Source: Octopus sinensis (lineage: Eukaryota). From it: a DNA stretch of 64,000 nt. Under the pieces are notes generated by a model that made no database searches, had not been told where the DNA came from, and saw only the letters and a list, made by a program, of their open reading frames with translations. Position 1 is the first letter of the stretch, and the number at the start of each line of letters is the position of its first letter. Shown one piece after another: positions 1 to 11,320 of the stretch. Both the position numbers and the translations under genes were made by a program. The stretch is taken from contig NC_043006.1 in NCBI RefSeq assembly GCF_006345805.1, positions 84,444,001 to 84,508,000 on the forward strand, written 5' to 3'.

Positions 1-136
1 TGGTTTGTAATTCTAGAGTTTAATGCTATAATATTTTACACTCGTTGATAATTTGTTTATAAACAAAAATAAAAAAAAAAGAAAATAAGTGGGGTGTGTG
101 GAGGTGGGACACTTTAGTGAAATGACAGAAAGGCTA

Positions 137-296
137 GTATGGTTGTGTAGTTAAGAAACTCGCTTTGCATCCACGTGGTTTCAGGTTCAATCCCACTGTG
201 CGTCACACTGGGCAAGTGTTCCTTTACTGTAGTCCCGAACAGACCAATGCCTTGTGAGTGACTTTGGTTGACGGAAACTGCGTGGAAGTCCATCGC
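137..296 (+). mobile_element. tRNA-derived SINE family A, 5' half
   Basis: Degenerate A box (tggttgtgtagt) and B box (ggttcaatccc), followed by ctgggcaagtg...ccttgtgagtga...gacggaaactg. Matches the other family A copies in the window. Confidence 0.8.
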
Positions 297-311
297 GAGC
301 GCGCGCGTGTG

Positions 312-361
<50 letters not shown>

Positions 362-365
362 TGTG

Positions 366-690
366 TGTATTCTTTTATTTGTTTCAGTCATTTGACTGCG
401 GCCATGCTGGAGCCCCGCCTTTAGTCGAGCAAATCGATACCAGAACTTACTCTTTGTATGCCTAGTACTATCGATATCTTTTGCAGAACCGCAAAGTTAC
501 GGAGACGTAAACACACCAGCATCGGTTGTCAAGCGATGATGAGGGGACAAACACAGATACACAAACATATGCATACAAATATATATATATAAATATAGTA
601 GAAGACATTCGTCCAAGGTTCCACGCAGTGGGACTGAACCCGGAACCATGTGGTTGGTAAGCAAGCTACTTACCACACAGCCACACCTGC
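366..690 (-). mobile_element. SINE family A, near full length with internal deletion
   Basis: Tail tttcagtcatttgactgcggccatgctggagc on the left; head gtgggactgaacccggaaccatgtggttggtaagcaagctacttaccacacagcc on the right; internal (AT)n. Confidence 0.9.
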
Positions 691-691
691 A

Positions 692-765
<74 letters not shown>

Positions 766-944
766 TGAAACATTCCAGTGAAATCTGTAAAGGTAGAGTC
801 AGTAGATCCAGTGGTAATCAGAGTGGAGTACTGGATGAGAAGAGGTGCTGAAAGCTCGGGAAGCGGTTAAGATAAGCAAGTCCAAAGAGTAGGAGATTCA
901 GTCGGGATCAAACTGGAATAACCAGGTGGGCGTCTAATATATAG

Positions 945-1338
945 TTGAAATTTATAGAAAAACAAAAATGAAGATTGGTGTTCGAACAACAAGCAAGTGT
1001 ATTAGTTTGACGCTCGGGAAAAATGAAAATATCTCTTATGCTTCAAGCCTACGGTCTTGAACAGAAAGGAATAAGAGGAAATAAACAGCGAGAGAATGGC
1101 CTGCTCGCTCAAGACGTTTTTTTTTTTCATTCTCACTCTGTTTATTCTCTCTTATTCCTCGCTTAACTGAACACGTTTTTTTCATTCTCTCTCTATTTCC
1201 TCTTATTCCTTTCCGTTGAAGAGCGTAGGCTCGAAACGTAAAAGACACTTTCATTTTTCCCGAGCGTCACATTAATACACTTGTTTCTTGTTCATACACC
1301 TGTTTTCGTCTTTTGTTTTTTCTGTAAATTTCAGCTAT
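945..1338. mobile_element. Two Penelope-like terminal repeat fragments in inverted orientation
   Basis: 945-1095 and 1190-1338 are imperfect reverse complements. Both resemble the 3' repeat of the GIY-YIG element at 19772-19920 (gaagagcgtaggctcgaaacgtaaaa...gagcgt...taataca). The right copy ends in (TA)n. Confidence 0.75.
1209..1244 (+). ncRNA. Minimal hammerhead-like motif, variant core
   Basis: CTTT-CCGTTGA-A-GAGC gtag GCTC-GAAAC-GTA-AAAG. Helix I is 4 bp, helix II is 4 bp, and the ACGT palindrome replaces helix III. The core deviates from CUGANGA at positions 4 and 6. Confidence 0.55.
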
Positions 1339-1356
1339 ATATATATATACGTACAA

Positions 1357-1665
1357 AATTAAGAGGAATGATCACTAAAGTGGACACCTTATATGCTAAA
1401 CATAGACGTCAAATCGCCATTACCACGAAGAATGCGTTCTCACGAAAAAAATCTCAGCAAAACGCCAAAATGTAAAAATGAGTAAGACAAATGAAAACAT
1501 ACGAAATAAAAACGAGCGTTTTTGTTTTCATTTGTCTTACTCATTTTTACATTTTGGCGTTTTGCTGAGATTTTTTTCGTGAGAACGCATTCTTCGTGGT
1601 AATGGCGATTTGACGTCTATGTTTAGCATATAAGGTGTCCACTTTAGTGGTCATTCCTCTTAATT
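1357..1665. repeat. Long inverted repeat, 142 bp arms, 25 bp spacer
   Basis: 1357-1498 is the reverse complement of 1524-1665, with one mismatch seen (atgatcac vs atgaccac). Confidence 0.95.
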
Positions 1666-1989
1666 ATTTTATAAGGACTTACTTCCTTCCTTCCTTCCTT
1701 CCTTCCTTCCTTCATTCATTCATTCATTCATTCCCTCTTTCCTTCCTTCCTTCCTTCTTCATTCACTTACTTCCCACCACTCTCGAGTGGAAAATCATGG
1801 GCCCCGCATTCTCCCTTCTGACTAAAAAGATTTTTCATAAGTACTTTCCTATTATCGATAGTCACTTTTTTCTATTTACTTCAAGATTAGTCGACTTACA
1901 CACTTTCGGAAGATCGATAAAATAAGTACCAGTTGAACACTGGGGCCAAGGTAATCGACTTAACTACTCCTTGGCATGAGTATAAAAGA

Positions 1990-2155
1990 CTGCATCTCTC
2001 TTCCAAGCGATGTCCATCCAGCCAGTGTGGCAGAATAGGACTCATCAAACCAGTATGATCTCTGGCTCAAATTCACGGTCCCCACACCAGACCGTGGTTG
2101 GTGGAGAGAACATGCTGAGGCGTTCGTCCTGCAGTGGATTAAACATAGGCAATCC
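1990..2155 (+). mobile_element. RTE-clade LINE 3' fragment
   Basis: Translates to ...DRGWWREHAEAFVLQWIKH, resembling the RTE ORF C-terminal motif DR..WR...EAFVLQW. Confidence 0.65.
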
Positions 2156-2407
2156 AATCCAATTCAATATGAAGGATTAGTAAATAGACCGTTACACTCG
2201 TGAGACGGGTGTAATAGTTAATTAGTGGTTTCTCAGAATAGCTCATGGAGAAGGAAAAGGACAAAAGAACTGGATGTTGTTTTCTTTCTGTGAAAGAATT
2301 TTTGTCCAAAAGATTCCATTCTTTTACATTGTTTGTTCTCCCATTCGTTTAGTAAATAAAAAAGTTGGCTGTCAGTAATAGGAAAATACCTTTTGTTTTT
2401 TTTTTAG

Positions 2408-2456
2408 GGAATCAAAATGGATCTTATATTGACGAAAACGATCTTACTGCAGTGCG
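2408..2456 (+). CDS. Candidate 49-nt internal coding exon of an unidentified host gene (xNQNGSYIDENDLTAVR)
   Basis: Strong acceptor (ccttttgtttttttttag) and strong donor (GCG|gtaaga), open frame in phase 1/2, in a repeat-free island. Protein not recognised. Confidence 0.55.
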
Positions 2457-3159
2457 GTAAGAAATCGATATTTCTACAATCAAATGTGGCGCGTTTGAAA
2501 ATCAGAGGGTAATAACAGTGTAAAACTAAACTAGATCAGGTTGTGACCTAGTTCTCCATTCCTTGTTGCAGCAATTCAATTCCACCTCACTTCATGTCAA
2601 AAGCCAAAAAAAAAAAAAGAAAAAAAGAAAAAGTATGACGGTTTGGCTAAGACCCAATGCGTCGCAACGTCGCAATGTCTTGCGATGTTTGGAATTTTTG
2701 CTTATATCTACAAACATATGTTACTTAAACAGGAGTACCCCCCCACACACACAGACATAGACACACAGACACGCACAGACACACACACACGGACGCACGC
2801 ATACACACGCTCACACGCACAAGCACACACACACACAAACATAAGCGCGCACACACACACATATACATACATACGTGCACACCCAAATAATTTGACGTAT
2901 ACATAATTTAATATATATTTGTGTATGTATGCTTGTACGTATTCGGTCATTAGACTGCGGCCATGCAGACAAAACCAACTTCTTAAAAGGGTTCAGTGCG
3001 TCAAATCCACCGCAATACTCATTTGTTAAATCTGATTGTTATCTTATGGGTTCTGTTTTGCCGAACCGTTAAGCTAAGGCGACGTAAGTAACCTAAAACC
3101 GGTTATAATGAGTTCATAGATACACACACACAGACACACACACACGCATACACACGCAC

Positions 3160-3325
3160 TACGTTCTGGGTTCAAATTCCGCCGAGGTCGACTTTGCCTT
3201 TCATCCTTTCGGGGCCGATAAATTAAGTACCAGTTATGTACTGGGGTCGATGTAATCGACTTAATCCCTTTGTCTGTCCTTGTTTGTCCCCTCTGTGTTT
3301 AGCCCCTTGTGGGTAGTAAAGAAAT
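3160..3325 (+). mobile_element. SINE family B, 5'-truncated
   Basis: ttcaaattccgccgaggtcgactttgcctttcatcctttcgggg...aagtaccag...ctggggtcgatgtaatcgacttaatccc...gtagtaaagaaat. The core resembles, from memory, the Meta/Sauria-type SINE central domain. Confidence 0.9.
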
Positions 3326-3329
3326 ATAT

Positions 3330-3377
<48 letters not shown>

Positions 3378-3378
3378 A

Positions 3379-3414
<36 letters not shown>

Positions 3415-3879
3415 CATCTGTCTGTCCGTCCGACTGTCTGTCCGTCCGTTTGTCTGTGTGTCTGTCTCTCTCTGTATCTATCTACCTAGTCCATAGATCC
3501 ATACAGTCATACGTATATCCATCCATCCATCCATCCATACATACATACATACATACATACATACATACATACATACATACATACATACACACACATATAC
3601 ATGCATATACGCATGCACGCATGTATGAATGTATGAATGCACGCACGCACATATACATGCATACATACACGCATGCATACATGCATATATACATACTTAC
3701 GCATTCTTTAACTTATTTGTGTCATTACATTGGGCAATGCTATCACACTGGATCAAGGGGCAATACTATGACACTAGATCAAGCATAATTTACTTCAATC
3801 AGATCTATTCACAAGACATTGGTGGCCCCGTGGGCTATAGTAGAAGACAGTTAGTCGCCATGATAGATCGTTAGCCACT

Positions 3880-4015
3880 ACACACATTTTTTCTCTCCTT
3901 GTTTTTTTGTGTCCCTTTCTGTAGAAGAGCGTAGGCTTCCTGAGCGTTATACTAATACATCTGTTTGTTTTGTACACCACCTGTCTTCGTCTTTTGTTTT
4001 TTTCGTAAACTCTTC
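3880..4015 (+). mobile_element. Penelope-like terminal repeat fragment (same family as 19772-19920)
   Basis: ctttctgtagaagagcgtaggct...gagcgttatactaatacatctgtttg...cctgtcttcgtcttttg. The GAAAC half of the hammerhead motif is deleted. Confidence 0.7.
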
Positions 4016-4292
4016 CTATAGTAGATGACACTTTGCTCAAGATAGCATGCAGTAGGAATGAACCCAACATCATGTGTTTGGAAGACGAAACTTCTTAACC
4101 ACTCAACAATGCTGAACGATTTCGTTTTCAGTTACTTTTTAACATATTGCACTTCTCTTTGAAATGTTGGTGTTCCTTGGTTATGAAAATTATTTTGGCG
4201 ATTGTCCCTTCTGATCAAAAGGGTTTTCCGATCAGAACTGAGCCGAAACTGCAACAAGAACAACAAGGAAACAACAACGATAACTGCATCAA

Positions 4293-4341
<49 letters not shown>

Positions 4342-4432
4342 TCCGTTCTAATACGTCAATATTATATATATGTGAATGTATGTGTGTGTATACATACATA
4401 TACACATATACACATGTAGACATATAATTTTG

Positions 4433-4486
<54 letters not shown>

Positions 4487-4662
4487 TGTATGTATATGTA
4501 TATATATATATATGTGTGCCCCAGCATGGCCACAGCTCATTAGCTGAAACTGGAAAAATCAAAATCAAAATCAAAATCATATATATATGTGTGTGTGTGT
4601 GTGTATTTATATATATGTGTATATATATATGTATACATATATGGGTATATATCTATACATAT

Positions 4663-4700
<38 letters not shown>

Positions 4701-4976
4701 ATTAATAAGGGTGAGAGAATTAGATACTAATTTAATAGTATATCTATTCAACACCAAGTGGCCTAGTGCTCCGAGAAACCTGGATTATTATAATATTTTA
4801 TAACATATTATAATTTTTTACAAAATAAATATAAGAGAGTGGTCACTATATGGCTCACTCTAGCACCAGTTAATCCAAAAGGTTTCAACCACGAAAATAC
4901 ATGTTTCCCATGAAAGTCAGTACGATTGTTAGCTCACACGGACAGGGCAAATAAAAAATAACAAAAATACAGATTA

Positions 4977-5057
4977 TTTTGGGACAATTGTTTCGCTATT
5001 AATGAATTAAATGTAATTTTACTTACAAAAAATCCATTTGTAGCTCGTCAGCCAAAA
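4977..5057 (-). ncRNA. Type I hammerhead ribozyme, canonical core
   Basis: Minus strand reads TTTTGG-CTGACGA-GCTA...TAGC-GAAAC-AATT-GTC-CCAAAA. Helix I is 6 bp and all core positions are conserved. Confidence 0.9.
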
Positions 5058-5623
5058 CTATCTGGATGAATCCACTCAATCACACGCCAGATTTTACCAT
5101 AACGATAAATACGCGTGTGGTTCAATTGATTACATCCGACGTTATAATTCAAATGCCCCAACTAACAGCGCGCCAAACTTTCACGGAAAACAAATACAAG
5201 CATTTAGAAATAAATGCAGCATAATTATAATTAATTAATAAGGGTGAGAGAATTAGATACTAATTTAATAGTATATCTATTCAACACCAGTGCCTAGTGC
5301 TCCGAGAAACCTGGATTATTATAATATTTTATAACATATTATAATATGTTTATAAAATATTATAATCCAGGTTTCTCGGAGCACTAGGCCACTTGGTGTT
5401 GAATAGATATACTATTAAATTAGTATCTAATTCTCTCACCCTTATTAATTAATTATAATTATGCTGCATTTATTTCTAAATGCTGTATTTGTTTTCCGTG
5501 AAAGTTTGGCGCGCTGTTAGTTGGGGCATTGAATTATAACGTCGGATGTAATCAATTGAACCACACGCGTATTTATCGTTATGGTAAATCTGGCGTGTGA
5601 TTGAGTGGATTTCATCCAGATAG

Positions 5624-5703
5624 TTTTGGCTGACGAGCTACAAATGGATTTTTTTGTAAGTAAAATTACATTTAATTCATTATAGCGAAACAATTGTCCC
5701 AAA
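5624..5703 (+). ncRNA. Type I hammerhead ribozyme, canonical core
   Basis: TTTGG (5625-29), CTGACGA (5630-36), helix II 5637-5686, GAAAC (5687-91), AATT loop, GTC (5696-98), CCAAA. Predicted cleavage between 5698 and 5699. Confidence 0.9.
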
Positions 5704-5852
5704 TAATCTGTATTTTTGTTATTTTTTATTTGCCCTGTCCGTGTGAGCTAACAATCGTACTGACTTTCATGGGAAACATGTATTTTCGTGGTTGAAACCT
5801 TTTGGATTAACTGGTGCTAGAGTGAGCCATATAGTGACCACTCTCTTATATT

Positions 5853-5891
<39 letters not shown>

Positions 5892-6388
5892 TACACACAT
5901 GTATATGCATGCATGTGTATGTGCATATATATACACACGCACACACATATATATGCATGCGTGTGTATATACATACATTCATATATATATGTATGCGCGC
6001 GCGCGTGTGTGCCCTGACAAAAGCTCGTTAAATTTAGAAACCCTTAAACGACTGTGGGAACGTTTTGTCTGTAAACCCAAACAAGACAAATTCTTTTTTC
6101 AAAATCTTCAATTCTTTATTTTCTTCTTTTCAGTTCTTTCTCCGTATAAACCAAGAAGACAAGAAACAACAGATTTTTGCTTATTTTATCTTATTTTCTG
6201 GTTTTTTTTGTTTGCTTTATCTGTATTATTCTAAGTTTCTTTCTTGTCTTATATTTTTTTTTGTCTTGGTGATGGTGCTCGTGGTGTTGAGGGGGGATGG
6301 TCAGGATGATAAAACAATTGTCTTTCTCGACTAGTTTATGCAGAAGTAGGTCAGCCAGGAACTGATAACAAAACCAAATTTCATAGTG

Positions 6389-6421
<33 letters not shown>

Positions 6422-6678
6422 TATATATATAATATATATATACATATATATATATACATATATATATATATATCTAAATATATATATATATATGCATGTA
6501 TATATTGTGTGTGTGTGTGTGTTCGCGCGCGTGTGTGTGTGATTGTATATATATATATATATTATCTAATATGAAGACATATGTATTGTATATATCGTGC
6601 GTGAGTGCATCCGTGTCTGTTTCTCTGTGTAGGCATGGGTGATATTCATTTGTGCATGTGTGTATATGTATATATGTG

Positions 6679-6793
<115 letters not shown>

Positions 6794-6874
6794 TAGATAG
6801 ATAGATATAGATGTAGATAGTTAGATAGCTAGAGAGAGAGGTGTGGAGAGAGAGGGAGAGCGTGTGAGAGTGTA

Positions 6875-7090
6875 TGTATTTGTGTGTCTGTGTTTGTCTC
6901 CCACTACCATCGCTTGACAACCGATGGTGGTGTGTTTACGCCCCCGTAACTTAGCGGTTCGCCAAAAGACACCGATAGAATAAGTACTAGGCTTACAAAG
7001 AATAAGCCCTGGGGTCGATTTGTTCGACTAAAGCGGTGCTCCAGCATGGCTACAGTCAAATGACTGAAACAAGTAAAAGAAAAAAAAGAA
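6875..7090 (+). mobile_element. SINE family A, 3' half
   Basis: catcgcttgacaaccgatggtggtgtgtttacg...ggtgctccagcatggctacagtcaaatgactgaaacaag. Confidence 0.9.
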
Positions 7091-7109
7091 CTTTAATTTA
7101 AGATTTTAC

Positions 7110-7380
7110 ATAGCCTAGTGGTTAGGGTATTACATTCATGATAATGAGATCATAGTTTCAATTCCCGGACCGGGTGGTGCGTTGTGGTCTTGAGCACAAT
7201 GCTTCATCTCACGCCACTCTGAAATCGCTTCGACACCTGACTCGTCACACACAGTGCACCACTTCAAGCAACGTCAATTCCATTGAGCGAGTGAGTGACG
7301 TACAGCACAAACATTTGGTCACTATAAATAAATTATTTGTGCTGGTCATCCAGCAAGAAATCGCAGAACTGTCCTTCTTG
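7110..7380 (+). mobile_element. tRNA-headed SINE of another family, degenerate
   Basis: gcctagtggttagggta (A box) and gtttcaattcccggacc (B box), then gcgttgtggtcttgagca. Confidence 0.55.
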
Positions 7381-7484
7381 GACTACAAGAGGCAGCCACC
7401 AATTCGAGATCTGACAATATGATCGTTTTATTATAAACAGATTATCGTGTTCCATTATACATATACAGACATACATGTGTTTAT

Positions 7485-7521
<37 letters not shown>

Positions 7522-7757
7522 ATAAAAATTTCTTAAACATAGCCACGAAACACGTGTCATTGTTCTACCAAATATATACGTTTTTATTATTATTCTGCAA
7601 TTTACTTAATCATCGGTATAGTATTGTTATTTTATTGTTAATATTTCTATTATATGTAATTTTCTAGATTAATTGTTCATTTTGAATTGATAAAAAGTGT
7701 TTTTTTTAAATTTTTATATATATATTATATTTTGTGAAATTTGATTTAGTATTTCTA

Positions 7758-7802
7758 ATTGAATTTTTCCCTGTAAGTTAGGATATTTTCCCTCAAATTA
7801 TT

Positions 7803-7834
<32 letters not shown>

Positions 7835-7886
7835 TAATAATAATAATATTTGAGGGAAAATTATTCCTAACTTACAGGGAAAAATT

Positions 7887-7890
<4 letters not shown>
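7758..7890. repeat. Short inverted repeat (~43 bp arms) around an AT-rich spacer
   Basis: attgaatttttccctgtaagttagga...ttttccctcaaat at 7758-7800 and its reverse complement at 7848-7890. Confidence 0.9.
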
Positions 7891-7941
<51 letters not shown>

Positions 7942-7944
7942 CAT

Positions 7945-8090
7945 ATACATCGTGCTTCTTTCAGTTTCCGTCTACCAAATACACACACAAGGCTTTGGTC
8001 GGCTCGAGGATATTGTAGAAGACAGTTGCCCAAGGTGCCACGCAGTGGGACTGAAACCGGAACCATGCGGTTGGGAAGTAAGCTTCTTTA
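7945..8090 (-). mobile_element. SINE family A, 5' half
   Basis: cttctttcagtttccgtctaccaaat...ttgcccaaggtgccacgcagtgggactgaaaccggaacc. Confidence 0.85.
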
Positions 8091-9045
8091 TTTCTTTTAA
8101 ATTGCCATAAAGTCATTACATAGAAGGGGACAATACAACACATGTGGGGAGATATAACAATTAAAATAGAAATACGATGCTATGAATGACACATGAAAAT
8201 GAACATGAAAAACATTAAAATCAAAATATCAAAATAATGATACATGAATGATAACTTGAGAAATGAGAATATGAAAAGAGTCCTGAGTCCTCTTTAGTCT
8301 TTGATCTAGTCTTTCGTTTACCGTTTTCCGCATCGCTGAGTGACAACACCCTCTCCTCCGTGTACATGTAACCATTTTCACCATAATGAGGTCCAGTTTT
8401 TTTCCTCTCCATCCTCCGTCCTCCGTTTCTGTGGCTTGGAGGACAGCCACCTCCTCCTCACTTCCAACGAGGATGGCTGCCGCAACCCCACCCACTTCTA
8501 TATCTGGCGGAATTCCTTCTACCCTCACCTTGGAAGTCTTTTTTCCAAGGTACGTGGGTAGAAGTACCACTTCCTCCGTTTTTACAGTTGCACTTGTCAG
8601 CCTCTTTGCCTCCTCCGCTGTCCTAAGCTGGACAACCACCGTCCCATATCCACTTCCTTTCGCTATGTATGCTACTTCCTTCGAAAGCCCCTTCAATGAA
8701 TTTTCTACTTTTTCCATCTCCATCCGCTCCACCTTCCTACTCTCCACTGTAGGTAATGGTCTTCTTTTCCATATTTTCCATATTTTCCCTAACCTTTTTC
8801 GGGGTTAATAACTTTACGTCACCGGCTAGATCCACCTCTGCAGACTCTTTACTCTTTCCATTCTCGTTCATTCTATTTACCGCTTTAACGAGCTTCTCCT
8901 CTGCTGAGGACAGCTCATACTCGCTAAGGTTCGAATACATTCCTTTCCACCGGTACAACACTCACTAACAAACCGCTGCCAAGCAGCACCAAAAGTTTCC
9001 GCCCGACTCGTCAAAAATCAACATAGCAAATAGATCGACGCATGC
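8090..9045 (-). mobile_element. LINE-derived element with disrupted ORF1-like coding sequence, internal deletion and 3' end, no ORF2
   Basis: ORFs 8737..8961 and 8229..8747 (...GYGTVVVQLRTAEEAKRL...VLLPTYLGKKTSKVRVEGIPP...) are homologous to 16370-16800. The 3' end ctttatggcaatttaaaagaaataaa resembles that at 17480-17510. Confidence 0.65.
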
Positions 9046-9151
9046 GCGGAAGTAAGCTTCTTACCACACAACCACTCGTGCGCCTATATATATATATAAT
9101 ATATTATTATATATATATATATATATATAATATATATATATATGTATTATG

Positions 9152-9182
<31 letters not shown>

Positions 9183-9194
9183 ATTTTATATATA

Positions 9195-9257
<63 letters not shown>

Positions 9258-9261
<4 letters not shown>

Positions 9262-9550
9262 CAATGGCCCAGTGGTCAGGGCAGCGGACTCGTGGTCGTA
9301 GGATCGCAGTTTCGATTCCCAAACCGGGCGTTGTGAGTGTTTATTGCGCGAAAATACCTAAAAGCACCACGAGGCACCGGCAGCGGGGGGGGGGGGCGAG
9401 CCCTGCTGTTCTCTTTCGTCACAACTTTCTCTCACTGTTGGCCTGCTCGCTTAGCCAGCAGGGTGGCGTCATTTGAAGGCGAAAACAATGCGAAGCGCAT
9501 TGTGACCAGCGATGTGTAGCAACATCTGGTAGCCTGGTCGGTCACGGTGA
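9258..9550 (+). mobile_element. SINE family C with tRNA(Arg)-like head, full length
   Basis: ggcgcaatggcccagtggtcagggcagcggactcgtggtcgtaggatcgcagtttcgattccc head with a TCG anticodon-like loop. The 5' half matches 62030-62195 on the minus strand. Confidence 0.85.
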
Positions 9551-9561
9551 TATATATATAT

Positions 9562-9629
<68 letters not shown>

Positions 9630-9850
9630 ATACACAAGGTAAACATATCTATATAACTATGAAATGAGTATAGTTATCAGGAACTCTAGAGTCAGAATTA
9701 ATACGTAACGATAGTTGAACACACATCGTCTATACCAGACAATTCTTTAATTGCTTCAAATTTCCCCAAACAAGGCCACAAGTTACTTTGTCGCAGCCTA
9801 CGGAGGTGAAGGTTGTCAGCCATAAATGCCAGCAATATATATACATACAT

Positions 9851-9917
<67 letters not shown>

Positions 9918-10914
9918 TGTATGTATGTATGTAGTATGTATGTATGTATGTATATATATACATACATACACATAGATACAGTTGAAAGATGGTTGTAAAA
10001 TAATTGTTAAAGAGACGTTAAACATATGACGAGATAGTAATAAAAGAAGTGAAAGATTACTGAACTTATGGCAATAAAATAAAGTAACCGAGATGACAAT
10101 AAATGAGCTAATAAAATGGAAGTAAATAAGATGGCAATAAAAAGACACAAAAAAATGGGATAAAAATATTAAAAGGAAAGAAACCACAAACTTTACGTAA
10201 GCTGTAAGTTAACTGTAAGTTTGAACCAGTGTGCCGTGGAATGTGTGTGTGCCACGTCTCTTACACAGGTACCCGCGATTTTGTGTTTCCTTTTTCGGGA
10301 ATCGGGGAAATGCTTAAGGTATTTAAAATCTTTTACTGATTTTAGTGTATTGTACCGGTATAGATGTATTTACTTACTTCCTCAAAGTCTAACCGTTGAC
10401 CTCATCGTGGTGGGAAGGTTAAACGAGTGAGTATCAGAGCTATACCGTCAGGTGCGGGGGTTTTGAGTCCATGGCAGGGTTGCCCAAGGCGGACAGGTCT
10501 GATCTCGGCGGTGCTAGCGCAGGAACCCGGCTAAGTGGAGGGCAATAGTGAATTCCAGGCAGCATCTGTCCGGCGGCTTCCTGGTGGCGTTGAATCGCGT
10601 CTGTGGGCATTCTGCGGCGGGAAGACGTAACACGAAGATGATTTGCCACAGGTCGTGTATAGTGGCTTATGAATACAGACGGGAACTGTTTTCGCAGACT
10701 TTGATCATCCCTTGAAATCCCTATGAACTCAATATGAACGGGTTTAACCCTTCCCCCAGGTGCCGTTACAAGACAAAGAAGACTTATTTACAACAATATA
10801 CAATGCATGCTCCAGCTTTGATTCAAAGTGATATGAATATTTGTTATCTGTATGGTTAAAATCTTTCTAAAACGCTGATACCGTGCTCTAACAATTCTAA
10901 CGCCTTATTCAGCG

Positions 10915-11320
10915 AACCGTGCGTGGATCAAAACAGAAATGCAAAAAGGCTTTGCTCAGTGATCCGTGGCTCAAAAGTGTTGAAAATAAATGATTCAGTG
11001 AAACCTGGATAGAAAAAAAAATGCTAAACATCTCTGATCAGTGATCTGTGGATGAAAAAAAATTAAATCTGTGGTCAGTGAACGGTGGATCAAAAAGTGT
11101 TGAAAATAAATGATTCAGTGAAACCTGGATAGAAAAAAAAATGCTAAACATCTCTGATCAGTGATCTGTGGATGAAAAAAAATTAAATCTGTGGTCAGTG
11201 AACGGTGGATCAAAAAGTGTTCAAAATCCCAGGTCAGTGAACAATGGATCAAAAAATGCTACAAAAATCTCTTGTCAATGATCTGCGGATCAAATTTGTT
11301 TTAAAATCTCAGTCCATTGA
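10915..11320 (+). repeat. Minisatellite of ~35-45 bp monomers with an exact 120 bp higher-order duplication
   Basis: 10981-11100 is identical to 11101-11220. Monomer motif is approximately tcagtga(a/t)c.gtggatcaaaaa.tg. Confidence 0.9.

Larger units (their letters stand above)
4700..5858. mobile_element. Non-coding hammerhead-bearing (retrozyme-like) element, ~534 bp monomer, as a spacerless palindrome
   Basis: Arms 4822-5341 and 5342-5858 are reverse complements differing only by 1-2 nt indels. 4700-4815 directly repeats 5234-5345. (TA)n lies on both flanks. Confidence 0.8.

Noticed and set aside
10915-11320. CRISPR-like repeat-spacer appearance
   Set aside because: Eukaryotic context, no unique spacers and no cas genes. 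It is a minisatellite.
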